A stretch of 64,000 nt of DNA from a virus. The position numbers and the translations under genes were made by a program. Location of the stretch: positions 1 to 64,000 of the IMG/VR virus record IMGVR_UViG_3300001450_010303, one strand, 5' to 3'. Below are positions 55,566 to 64,000 of this stretch, in pieces. The notes below the pieces were generated by a model that saw nothing but the letters and a program-made list of their open reading frames with translations, made no database searches and was not told where the DNA came from. How positions within the stretch are numbered: the first letter of the stretch is position 1; every line of letters starts with the position of its first letter.

Positions 55566-55890
55566 AGGCTGGGGCTGGGAACGATGGATTGTTAACAATG
55601 AGGAATATTGCGGAAAATTGTTATTCTTTAATAGTGGGAAAAAATGCTCATGGCATTACCACAAATTAAAAGACGAAGTATTCTATCTACAATCTGGGAA
55701 AATGATGATATACTATTCAGATGAAGATGATTTATCTGAAGCGATACAACTGGAATTAAACCCAGGAGATAACTTTCATGTATATCGAGGGCTTAGGCAT
55801 CAAATGCTAGCCATAGAAGATTCAGAATTATTTGAATTTTCAACACAACACTTTGATTCAGACAGCTATAGAATTTTAAAAGGAGATTAA
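55531..55890 (+). CDS. cupin (sugar isomerase-like)
   Basis: KGWG.E, SWHYHKLKDE, H, DSYR. Confidence 0.8.
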   Translation: MKTSLPMIHVNKGWGWERWIVNNEEYCGKLLFFNSGKKCSWHYHKLKDEVFYLQSGKMMIYYSDEDDLSEAIQLELNPGDNFHVYRGLRHQMLAIEDSELFEFSTQHFDSDSYRILKGD

Positions 55891-55891
55891 A

Positions 55892-56095
55892 ATGCAATTA
55901 TCAAATCAAGCACTGGGAGCAGTAATGATGGCCTTACAGGAGTCATTATTAAACCAATTAGACATAGTACCAATTCTTAGAGGATTCGAACTTGAAGAAA
56001 CAACGGAAGGCCTAATTGTTAAAAATCCACCAACCGTCAGAGTTACAGATCAGAGCGAGATCACAAAAGAAGACTTATTGAATAGAGTAAAGTAA
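55892..56095 (+). CDS. hypothetical protein
   Basis: AAGGAG RBS. Confidence 0.7.
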   Translation: MQLSNQALGAVMMALQESLLNQLDIVPILRGFELEETTEGLIVKNPPTVRVTDQSEITKEDLLNRVK

Positions 56096-56097
56096 GC

Positions 56098-56352
56098 ATG
56101 CCTAGATATCACTATAAGTGTAATCTGTGTGAAAGTGAAGTAAGTGTGATCCATTGTTTTGATGATGTATATACTGAATGTGAAAAATGTGAAAGTACAG
56201 GTTCAATGCACAAGATGATAACTCGTCCTAATATAAAAGTTAATAATAATGATTATTATTCTAACAAGGTTGGCAATTTAACAAAAGAATATATTGAAAT
56301 TAATAGAGAAATATTAAAGCAACAAAAGAGCGAGACAAATGAGTCGACTTGA
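56098..56352 (+). CDS. FmdB-like zinc-ribbon protein
   Basis: MPRYHYKCNLC...CEKC. Confidence 0.8.
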   Translation: MPRYHYKCNLCESEVSVIHCFDDVYTECEKCESTGSMHKMITRPNIKVNNNDYYSNKVGNLTKEYIEINREILKQQKSETNEST

Positions 56353-56680
56353 AATAATAACATCTATACTTTTAGTTATATCAACAATATTTAGTGTCGG
56401 TATGCTTGTTTATACAAGGACAGTAATAGTAAAACTGTTGTCTGTATCAGAAGAATTAGGAGACTTGCAGGAGATGATTAATATTTTCACCAACCACACT
56501 AGAGATGTTTATGAAATGGATATGTTTTACGGTGACGAAACACTTAAAGGGTTGCTTGAACATGCAATATCCCTGAACGAACATATGGCTACATTTGAAT
56601 ATATCTATAATTTAACAGAAGAAGCAGAAGAAAAGGAGACAGATGAAGCAGACAACAGAGCCGCTCAAGAAGAAGCGTAA
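56339..56680 (+). CDS. membrane-anchored protein
   Basis: N-terminal TM helix, acidic tail. Confidence 0.7.
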   Translation: MSRLEIITSILLVISTIFSVGMLVYTRTVIVKLLSVSEELGDLQEMINIFTNHTRDVYEMDMFYGDETLKGLLEHAISLNEHMATFEYIYNLTEEAEEKETDEADNRAAQEEA

Positions 56681-57347
56681 GAAAAATTATTATTTCACCA
56701 AAGATCATGAAGACGCAATAGTACGATACTCAATTACTAATTGCAAAAAAGAAAGGACAGATTTATATGTAAATTGGATCCAGCCGGCATTCAACGAAAT
56801 GGTTGATAAAATTGTTTTTACGTATAAATTTACTAATTTGCCAAATATAGATTATCTTAGAGATGAATGCAAAATTTGGTTAATGACAATTCTTGATAAA
56901 TATGACCAATCAAAAGGCTCCAAGGCCTTTTCATATTTTAGTGTTATCACGAAGAATTGGTTTATTCATAAGGTTAAAAAACAACAAAAGCGCAACAGAA
57001 GAGAAATTGATTTTGGAACAATATCAAAGTCATATGAAGAACAATACTTATCTACCAACGAATCATATGTAACCGAGAGAGAAGAACAAGAATTTTGGGA
57101 TCTCTTCTATAATGAGTTAAAATCATGGGACGCAGCCCAGATGAAAGATAATGATTTGAGGGTGTATAAAGCTATAACCATACTTTTTGAGTCAAAAGAA
57201 GATATTGAAATTTTTAATAAGAAAGCTATTTATCTGTACCTGCGAGAAATTACTGGATTAAACACCAAGCAAGTGGTAAATTCACTAAAGAAATTTAGAA
57301 AGAAGTACTCTAATTTCAAGCAAGACTGGGAGAGCGGCGACTTATGA
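56643..57347 (+). CDS. phage sigma factor (sigma70 region-2-like, T4 gp55-type late sigma)
   Basis: YYF..EDAI..Y; DKYDQSKGSKAFSYFSVITKNWFI resembles sigma region 2. Confidence 0.75.
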   Translation: MKQTTEPLKKKRKKNYYFTKDHEDAIVRYSITNCKKERTDLYVNWIQPAFNEMVDKIVFTYKFTNLPNIDYLRDECKIWLMTILDKYDQSKGSKAFSYFSVITKNWFIHKVKKQQKRNRREIDFGTISKSYEEQYLSTNESYVTEREEQEFWDLFYNELKSWDAAQMKDNDLRVYKAITILFESKEDIEIFNKKAIYLYLREITGLNTKQVVNSLKKFRKKYSNFKQDWESGDL

Positions 57348-57652
57348 AAAATAAAAGTATTGAGGACTTAGTGGATGAAGCACTTACAAACATCCGTAGT
57401 GATAGAAAAATTACTAGGGAATTCCTTAATGATATTGCAAACACTTTGGCTAATGACACGGAACAATTAAAATACCTAAGTCCGGTAGCAGCTAAACATA
57501 TAGAAACGCTTCAAAGATCCAATGAGCAATTAGTTAAGATTATTAATATAAGACAGAAAAAGTCCGACGAAAGCATAAGGTTTTCAGACGAAGACACAGC
57601 TAACTTGTTCGATATAATACAGGGTGGAGTAGATGAGCGAAACCCAGAATGA
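57344..57652 (+). CDS. hypothetical helical protein
   Basis: ORF track; ATGA overlap. Confidence 0.7.
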   Translation: MKNKSIEDLVDEALTNIRSDRKITREFLNDIANTLANDTEQLKYLSPVAAKHIETLQRSNEQLVKIINIRQKKSDESIRFSDEDTANLFDIIQGGVDERNPE

Positions 57653-58731
57653 GTAAGACCTTTATTGATCCAGAGAGTGTATTAGCAGATCCTAAAGGTG
57701 CGTTCGATATGTTCTGTCAAGCAGCCAAATCGGTGGCCCCCTTTGATCTGCTAAAGAACCCCGGTTATCGCAGCGCCGTCGTGATTCGGGGCGCCCAAAC
57801 TCTCAATCATGCCGAGGCCTCTGGACTGGGGTTGGTTCCCGTGTCTGGTTCATCTAGAATCGCTGCTTTTTCATATATAGCAAGGTTAGAATCAGAGTGG
57901 TGCGAACATTGGCTCCTGCCAAACCCTTGCAGCCCGGGATCATCAAATTCGATTTTTACAGATCTCGAAGCCTCCCACATAGTGGTTGTAGGCCACACAG
58001 ATACACAATACGGAGCTTCAATTAACATAAACACCGGCGATTTTGTTGATATAAATTTAGAAAAGGGAGTTCATTTAAATAATCTTCAAAAAGCACGCCA
58101 CGCTGGCATGTCAAAACGAGGTAAAAATATATCAAGAAGTTATAGTTGCCCGGATGCATCAGGCGGAATCGCGGGGGCATTCAATGGCCTCCCCCCAGCA
58201 ACAGTCCCTCCCTCCCCATCTCAACTCGCCTTCCTAGCAAAATTGACTGCTATACTACTCGCGGATTATAACTGGCCTCCCGCAATAGTTACAGGATGGA
58301 CCAGATCAATAGAAAAACAAATATCTCTTATGGTGGGTAAACCCCAGTCGGAGGTTATAAGTACATATGGCCGGCTCACCGCTGGTCTAGTACAAAAAGC
58401 CCGTGATGGCGACTCGGGACCACTTGCGACATATATAAAAGACAACCCCAAGCGCTTTAACCACACTACCGGCCTCGCTTTAGATCTCCGGACTAACGAT
58501 CACATAACAGACGACGAGTTAAATAAGTTAATAGATGCGGTGATCAAAGCCGGCGGAAGACCGGTCTTAGAGCCCACGTCCACCGGATGTTTTAGCAAAT
58601 CCGGCCGCATGAGCAAGGGGAATACAACTCGACTTGGCATCCCCGGCAAAGGCAAATGCGGCAAAGCCGGCGGCGCGCCGGAGCACCTACATGTGACAGT
58701 ACCTGAAGTTCTCGCTCCACTAATTACGTAA
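57649..58731 (+). CDS. protein with C-terminal M15/Hedgehog-type Zn peptidase domain (possible tail-associated muralytic protein)
   Basis: TGWTRS...Q, NHTTGLALDL, EHLHV. Confidence 0.65.
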   Translation: MSKTFIDPESVLADPKGAFDMFCQAAKSVAPFDLLKNPGYRSAVVIRGAQTLNHAEASGLGLVPVSGSSRIAAFSYIARLESEWCEHWLLPNPCSPGSSNSIFTDLEASHIVVVGHTDTQYGASININTGDFVDINLEKGVHLNNLQKARHAGMSKRGKNISRSYSCPDASGGIAGAFNGLPPATVPPSPSQLAFLAKLTAILLADYNWPPAIVTGWTRSIEKQISLMVGKPQSEVISTYGRLTAGLVQKARDGDSGPLATYIKDNPKRFNHTTGLALDLRTNDHITDDELNKLIDAVIKAGGRPVLEPTSTGCFSKSGRMSKGNTTRLGIPGKGKCGKAGGAPEHLHVTVPEVLAPLIT

Positions 58732-58748
58732 AACACCCTAAGTAAATT

Positions 58749-59912
58749 ATGCCAAAAAAGAAAAAAGCGTTCGTTAAACCAAAATACACTGAATCTGAGC
58801 AACTACTGTACGACAGGCTGAAAGCAGTTCGTGATAAGTCCGCAGCCACATATGCTTCGGAAAATTCGGTCTTCGAACCACTCGGTGAGAGTGACCCAGG
58901 AGGAAACCCAGAATTTTCGGATTGGTTAGGCGATGACTCATCACAATCAGATGAAGAAAGGGCAGATGCAAACTCAGCATATTTAAACGAAACCTCACCG
59001 ACCGGCGAAAATATACAAGCGATACCAAGCAATTCCGGAATCTATCACACTGTGGTTCCGATGAAGGATTTGAGCTTCAAAATCGCACAAAATGAATCTG
59101 TTATGCAACATGGGGGATGCTATATTACGATGGGCACTGATCGCCCAACCACAGTAATGAGTGGGTATGGTGCAAAGGGATTTCAAAACGCTAGCACAAT
59201 TGACTTGGTTGTAGGTAGGGCCGCCGGCTCTAGGGGAACAGACGGCCCCAAAGAAGGAGCGGTGGTAGATAACAACCCAGTAGCGGATGCTGCAAGAATT
59301 TATATAAGCCAATTAACTGACATCGATGTCAATTTTGGCCTCGCTGAATCGGTGTCTGGAGTAGCAACCGGCGGTTCCGGAATAGCAGTAAAGGCAGACG
59401 ATGTTCGAATAATAGGAAGAAGAAGTATTAAAATTGTGACTGGAAAGACGCAGGGCGCCCGCGGGTCCGGCCCCCACGGCGAATGGACATCATTAGGCTT
59501 TTCGATGCACCAGCCAGCGCCCTCAATTGAGCTTCTAGCAGGAAATACATCACAAGAAAGAGTAGTATGGGGCGGCCTTTATAATCCGATAGAGAAGATC
59601 TCTACTGTCCAGAGAGCTTGTTTGGGTTCTAACACCCGTGACGCCCTATCAGAATTAAATGGGATTGTGGGAGAACTGTGGAGTGCTGTATTCAACTTAT
59701 CACTTATTCAGTCTGGGTATAATTCTCTAGTTGGAATTGATCCTTTAAGGCCATGGGTGGCCGCGGCCGCCCCAACAGTTGGAATCGCAGCGCTACAATT
59801 TGTTTTAGATAGTTTATGGCATACCAAAGTTAATGCAATATTATGGGATCTGAACTATCTAACACCCTATGGATATAAATTCATTTGTAGTACAAACGTT
59901 AAACTGTCGTGA
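58749..59912 (+). CDS. probable baseplate/tail spike-region protein
   Basis: IDLVVGR, DAARIYISQ, KADDVRIIGR beta-rich segments; position next to the muralytic gene. Confidence 0.5.
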   Translation: MPKKKKAFVKPKYTESEQLLYDRLKAVRDKSAATYASENSVFEPLGESDPGGNPEFSDWLGDDSSQSDEERADANSAYLNETSPTGENIQAIPSNSGIYHTVVPMKDLSFKIAQNESVMQHGGCYITMGTDRPTTVMSGYGAKGFQNASTIDLVVGRAAGSRGTDGPKEGAVVDNNPVADAARIYISQLTDIDVNFGLAESVSGVATGGSGIAVKADDVRIIGRRSIKIVTGKTQGARGSGPHGEWTSLGFSMHQPAPSIELLAGNTSQERVVWGGLYNPIEKISTVQRACLGSNTRDALSELNGIVGELWSAVFNLSLIQSGYNSLVGIDPLRPWVAAAAPTVGIAALQFVLDSLWHTKVNAILWDLNYLTPYGYKFICSTNVKLS

Positions 59913-59933
59913 GCATATTAGTGAGAAAAAGTA

Positions 59934-62900
59934 ATGGCGAATGAATCAAAATTTTTAAAATGGCAAGACGAAGATCACGATGGCCTTATAGATGTATGTG
60001 ATGATGTAGTTGATGTTGAAGCAAATAAATGCTTAAATTGCTCCCCTAATCCGACAGCCATCAAAGTAGATTGGAAAAAGAAAACAGTAGAAGAGCCGTT
60101 CTTAAATGAGAGAACATGTGAATATCAAGTAACAGTTGTCACACCCTATACAACCGTAGTTGATGAATCATTGATAGGTTCTGAAGATGAAAGCTCTCAA
60201 GAGGTGATAGACTCTTTGAGAGACAGATATGAAGAATTTGTAGATGATGTTATTGAGTCTTTAATCGTTTTTTACGATAAAGAAGATAGTGGAGCATCAA
60301 GAACAAAGATAAAAGAAGCAATAAAGTATAGTAAGTATTGGCTGGATCCCCGTCCCAACTCACGACTTAAACTACTCTTTTCGGTTCCGTTCGACACACT
60401 GTTTGATATAGGCCCATATAACTCAGAAGATGAATATGAAGAGCCAAAGCCAGGAGATATCACAGTCTCCTACAACGCCGGAGATTTATCCACAAAAATG
60501 ATTAGAATCCGGAAGGGATTGAATCTTTACGGACGATACCTAAAAGTATATCGAGCTATTGATGGGGGTAATTTATTCTTCAAGGAAGACAACAGGATCT
60601 TCAACCTCGAAGACTATGGAGACTCCACACTTTTTACAAGCTCTATCATGTCAAGCTTGATAGATTACTTAAACTCGTACTTAGAATCAAAAGGTCTTAA
60701 TCTACCGGGCGTCGGCGGCATACTATTTTTTGCTGACAAGATTACAAAATTAGAATTTAAATTTAATAATTATCAGCCACAGTCGCTAAAAGTGTGGACT
60801 GAATCTTGTGGAGAAAAGCCGCTATTTTATAATAAGAAAAGATTAAGAGGGTTTATAAAATCCCCACCTTGGAAAGATAAAACAGCAGTCGCATATTTCG
60901 TACAATTATACCAGATGGAAGCCTCGCTGTCCGCGAGATCCCAAATACCATGGGAAGAATTTGTAATACAATACACATATCCAACAATTTATTCTTCACT
61001 TAAAACAGAAGAGGAAGAAGAATCCAGACAGGTGATGGGTTGTATAGGCGAAGCGCTAGAACAAGAAGCAAAAGAACTTGGTCAAGATATCTTAGATGAA
61101 GTGTTCGACCTCGGAGACGCCGTCGCCTATAAATTCAGAAAGAGTATATGCCAATCAGAAAATTCAGAATCGAGACAAGATGAAATAAATGTTGGTTTAA
61201 TATATGATCCAGACACCAATACCAGACAAAACATCTTTGCCATGGCCCAAATGCAGGCACTTAAGGAGCTAGACGAAAGCGATCAAATATTCACACAAAT
61301 GTGCGCTAGAATTCTATCGTCCATGACTCCCTTTGGTTCAGCGCAGAAGAAGATGGATCAAATGTGGGAGTTTGGGTTCGAAAGAATAAAGGCATGCGGA
61401 CTTCTTGATTTGTTACTGGATGCTATCAAATGTTTGATGGGAGGTCTTACGTTTGAAGAAGCTATGGCTAGCATGATCAAGAGCGCCCTTAAAGCAATGT
61501 CGATCGAAAACTTCGGAGATTTATTTGTAGGAATCCCTCCCGAAAAACAAAATGAACTCGACGCGTTAGTTAAAAAGAAATTAGAGTCCGGTGATATTTT
61601 CCCAGAAGGTAGTACAAATCAGCAAATTTCAAATATAATGGCCTCTGGCACCTCATACTCTAAGCCATGGGAAATCCAATCTGTAATAGACCAAGAAAGA
61701 AACAGTAAAAAAGAGGGCGCGTATGAGGGCTCAGTAGCCCCGCCAGCCTCTTATTCAAAAGAAGCAGCGGAGGCATCAACCGCGACCAGAAGAACACTGG
61801 CTCAACAGTTTGATGTAGCCGGCAACGCCGAAGACGAATTATCACCTGATATCGTTATGGAAGCATATGTAATGGCACTGATAGAGGTATATTCTGACAA
61901 TCTGTTAGCATTGGTGGATGAGCTTAACAAATTCCCGGGCGCGCAAATAATAGCCGGAATAATAGCAATGTTGGATTGCCCTATGCCGCCTCTGTTTAAT
62001 CCCGATCTGCTTAGCTTTATTAAAGATATCGAGCTACCGTTTTGTCGTGATCTGTCAGAGATTAGAACGATTAGAATGGAAAACCCATTTACTTGGATCC
62101 CAAAAATAAAAGATATAATGAACGCGCTGTGGGAAGCAATAAAATTTGCTGTACAGCAGCTTATTATGGCAATTGTTTTAAAATTGATGGTTAAAATATG
62201 TCAGATAATTGGAGACGCAATCTGTAAGGCGTTAGAAACAACAGGCAAATTAGCCGCCGCCGTACCGGCGGTGTTACAAGGAAGCACCACTTTTAAGGAA
62301 GTTGTAGGAGACGCTATCTGCGGACCATTAGCCGATGACGCACAAGTAGAAGATACTATGGTTGAAATGATGGCCTCTATGGGAGCCGGATCAGCCGCCT
62401 TAGCCAATCGAGATCAAGTATTAAGATTCACAGAAGATTTATCTTCCTCTACCACAAGGGCAGAGCTGATAGAAGGTTTTCTCGGAAATCCATCACAGGA
62501 TTTGATAGATATCGGGACGCAACTTCTGGAGTTTGAATATCCAGAATTGGGCGAAGCTATGCCCACCCCACAATCATTTGGAAGATTTATCACCAACGTT
62601 GGTAATGTAATGCCGGGCGATTTTAAAAAACAACTAAGAGAAATGTTAGATGAATCCCCGGAACTTGAAGGCCTTCCAGCAAACCCCACATTATGTGCAA
62701 CTCAAGAGCAGATAGACAACTTTAATGAGTTGCGCTGTACCCTATTAGACGGCCGCGCTACAAAAGAACAATGCGAACAGATGTTAGCTGATAATAAGAG
62801 TGATCTGTTAGATGATTTATCATCTCTTGGGGATGTGCTCCAGGGCGGCATACCAAACTATATCAACAGTAACATGCCACCAATAATCTCGCAACCTGGA

Positions 62901-64000
62901 TGTGATGATGGAATATTCCCACACATGCCAGAGGCATTAAAGTCTGCCGGTAGCCAAGTTCTTAAGAATGATTTGGAGATGCTTAAAATAGACTTTGCCA
63001 AGGACATGTTAGGAAATGGCGGCCTTTTTGCCGGCGATGACGATTGGGGATTTATGAATATGGTATTATCGGATACTGAAGGAAACCCCTTGACCGCTCA
63101 TTGGAGGAAAGCACATAATAATAATGATTATGTAAACTTTGCAACAAATGCGTCCAACGGCGGTTCTGCCTCTCAAGGATTTTGGGCATCATTTCAAAAA
63201 AATAAATCATTCCCACAACAACACGGACAGTTCCCAACGTACGTGGGTTCATGGTTAATGCGCCAATTCTTGGTCGCCGGCGAAAGTGATAACATGCCTC
63301 CAGCCGACTGCGGGGAAGGGCCAGACTCTGCAATGACAATGGCCTATGCGACCGATCTGTCAAGCGGTTTAGAATTTAATTCCAAAAATGATATTTCAAC
63401 TGCGCGAATATTTAAAAAGAGCTTTTCAGACTTAGGGTTTGATATGTTTTTTGGTGGTGGTATAGATCTCTTCATGCTTCCTGATTTTGGTTATAACACA
63501 ACATACGATACAAATTTAGTAACTGAACAGGTGATCATAACACGCGAACCACGCAAAGCAAACCCTGACATTTCTTTAAAATATAGAGACAATGCGGCAG
63601 GGTACCGCTCTTCGCCCAGATCTGATGATCGTACCTCCAACCCTAACTATAGTTATGGGTTTAACGTTAATCTATACATATCTGATATAGCTGAGGTTCA
63701 AGAAGAATACGAATACCGCGTACGAGAATTAACACCAGAGGAAATGGAAGAATTTAGTGTGGGGGATCCATCGGATCTAGGAATAACTGCAATTGCAACC
63801 CGCGGCACCGGGGTCTATGCAAACCGACCAGATGATAGCGCGCGAATAAAAATAACCGAGTATATCAACCAAAGGGCCGCGGTACAATCGCCAGAATCAG
63901 AATTAATTACACAGGAACCATGGATCCAGGAAGTCATCCCAGTACCAGACTGGTTAGGTAATATACCGGTTGTAGGCTGGGCCATGGCTGGCCTACTATC
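59934..64000 (+). CDS. very large protein (>1350 aa), 3'-truncated, probably structural
   Basis: ATG 59934 (MANESKFLKWQDEDHDGLIDVC...); frame open at the spots checked (start, about 61.7 kb, window end); probably missing from the ORF track because it has no stop. Confidence 0.8.
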   Translation, partial: MANESKFLKWQDEDHDGLIDVCDDVVDVEANKCLNCSPNPTAIKVDWKKKTVEEPFLNERTCEYQVTVVTPYTTVVDESLIGSEDESSQEVIDSLRDRYEEFVDDVIESLIVFYDKEDSGASRTKIKEAIKYSKYWLDPRPNSRLKLLFSVPFDTLFDIGPYNSEDEYEEPKPGDITVSYNAGDLSTKMIRIRKGLNLYGRYLKVYRAIDGGNLFFKEDNRIFNLEDYGDSTLFTSSIMSSLIDYLNSYLESKGLNLPGVGGILFFADKITKLEFKFNNYQPQSLKVWTESCGEKPLFYNKKRLRGFIKSPPWKDKTAVAYFVQLYQMEASLSARSQIPWEEFVIQYTYPTIYSSLKTEEEEESRQVMGCIGEALEQEAKELGQDILDEVFDLGDAVAYKFRKSICQSENSESRQDEINVGLIYDPDTNTRQNIFAMAQMQALKELDESDQIFTQMCARILSSMTPFGSAQKKMDQMWEFGFERIKACGLLDLLLDAIKCLMGGLTFEEAMASMIKSALKAMSIENFGDLFVGIPPEKQNELDALVKKKLESGDIFPEGSTNQQISNIMASGTSYSKPWEIQSVIDQERNSKKEGAYEGSVAPPASYSKEAAEASTATRRTLAQQFDVAGNAEDELSPDIVMEAYVMALIEVYSDNLLALVDELNKFPGAQIIAGIIAMLDCPMPPLFNPDLLSFIKDIELPFCRDLSEIRTIRMENPFTWIPKIKDIMNALWEAIKFAVQQLIMAIVLKLMVKICQIIGDAICKALETTGKLAAAVPAVLQGSTTFKEVVGDAICGPLADDAQVEDTMVEMMASMGAGSAALANRDQVLRFTEDLSSSTTRAELIEGFLGNPSQDLIDIGTQLLEFEYPELGEAMPTPQSFGRFITNVGNVMPGDFKKQLREMLDESPELEGLPANPTLCATQEQIDNFNELRCTLLDGRATKEQCEQMLADNKSDLLDDLSSLGDVLQGGIPNYINSNMPPIISQPGCDDGIFPHMPEALKSAGSQVLKNDLEMLKIDFAKDMLGNGGLFAGDDDWGFMNMVLSDTEGNPLTAHWRKAHNNNDYVNFATNASNGGSASQGFWASFQKNKSFPQQHGQFPTYVGSWLMRQFLVAGESDNMPPADCGEGPDSAMTMAYATDLSSGLEFNSKNDISTARIFKKSFSDLGFDMFFGGGIDLFMLPDFGYNTTYDTNLVTEQVIITREPRKANPDISLKYRDNAAGYRSSPRSDDRTSNPNYSYGFNVNLYISDIAEVQEEYEYRVRELTPEEMEEFSVGDPSDLGITAIATRGTGVYANRPDDSARIKITEYINQRAAVQSPESELITQEPWIQEVIPVPDWLGNIPVVGWAMAGLL

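Noticed and set aside
243-63363. Minus-strand and nested ORFs in the track
   Set aside because: They are shadows of + strand genes with no motifs or RBS; the + strand tiling is already nearly complete.
1-64000. Stop-codon reassignment
   Set aside because: Conserved enzymes are full-length in code 11, and TAA, TAG and TGA all end genes cleanly.
1-64000. Cellular (bacterial or archaeal) chromosome origin
   Set aside because: Single-strand dense small ORFs, repeated strong promoters, a phage-type sigma and isolated auxiliary genes, with no housekeeping operons. Capsid and terminase are not in this window, so phage identity is inferred.

Overview
The window looks like part of a large (jumbo-type) tailed bacteriophage genome. 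All credible genes are on the + strand, and no ribosomal or core housekeeping operons, capsid or terminase genes were recognised. (1) 1-10.6 kb is a relatively GC-rich, probably early module of small genes, including a MoxR AAA+ ATPase, a vWA/HExxH partner, zinc-finger proteins and many ...VGDLV... SH3/KOW-like proteins. It is punctuated by 11 copies of a fixed-geometry promoter element: TTGACA-like boxes at 0, +11 and +26, then a -10 box and RBS. (2) 10.6-11.76 kb is a mostly non-coding junction with an IHF-type site, clustered TGYGACA motifs, a long hairpin and a C-tract; after it the sequence becomes AT-rich. (3) 11.8-36 kb holds genes often preceded by a TA[T/G/A]TTA motif: proteins sharing an MKLxLENW leader, a vWA lipoprotein, serine protease, Nudix, IscU/IscA, a ligase-like/HxGH fusion, tmRNA, an atypical tRNA(GUU), HNH, PIN-PhoH and a Cas4-like nuclease. 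(4) 36-56 kb is a glycan/nucleotide-sugar cluster with no export genes. (5) 56-64 kb has a phage sigma factor, probable tail/baseplate genes and a >1350-codon ORF that runs off the end. All product calls come from motif recognition by eye; no database searches were run.
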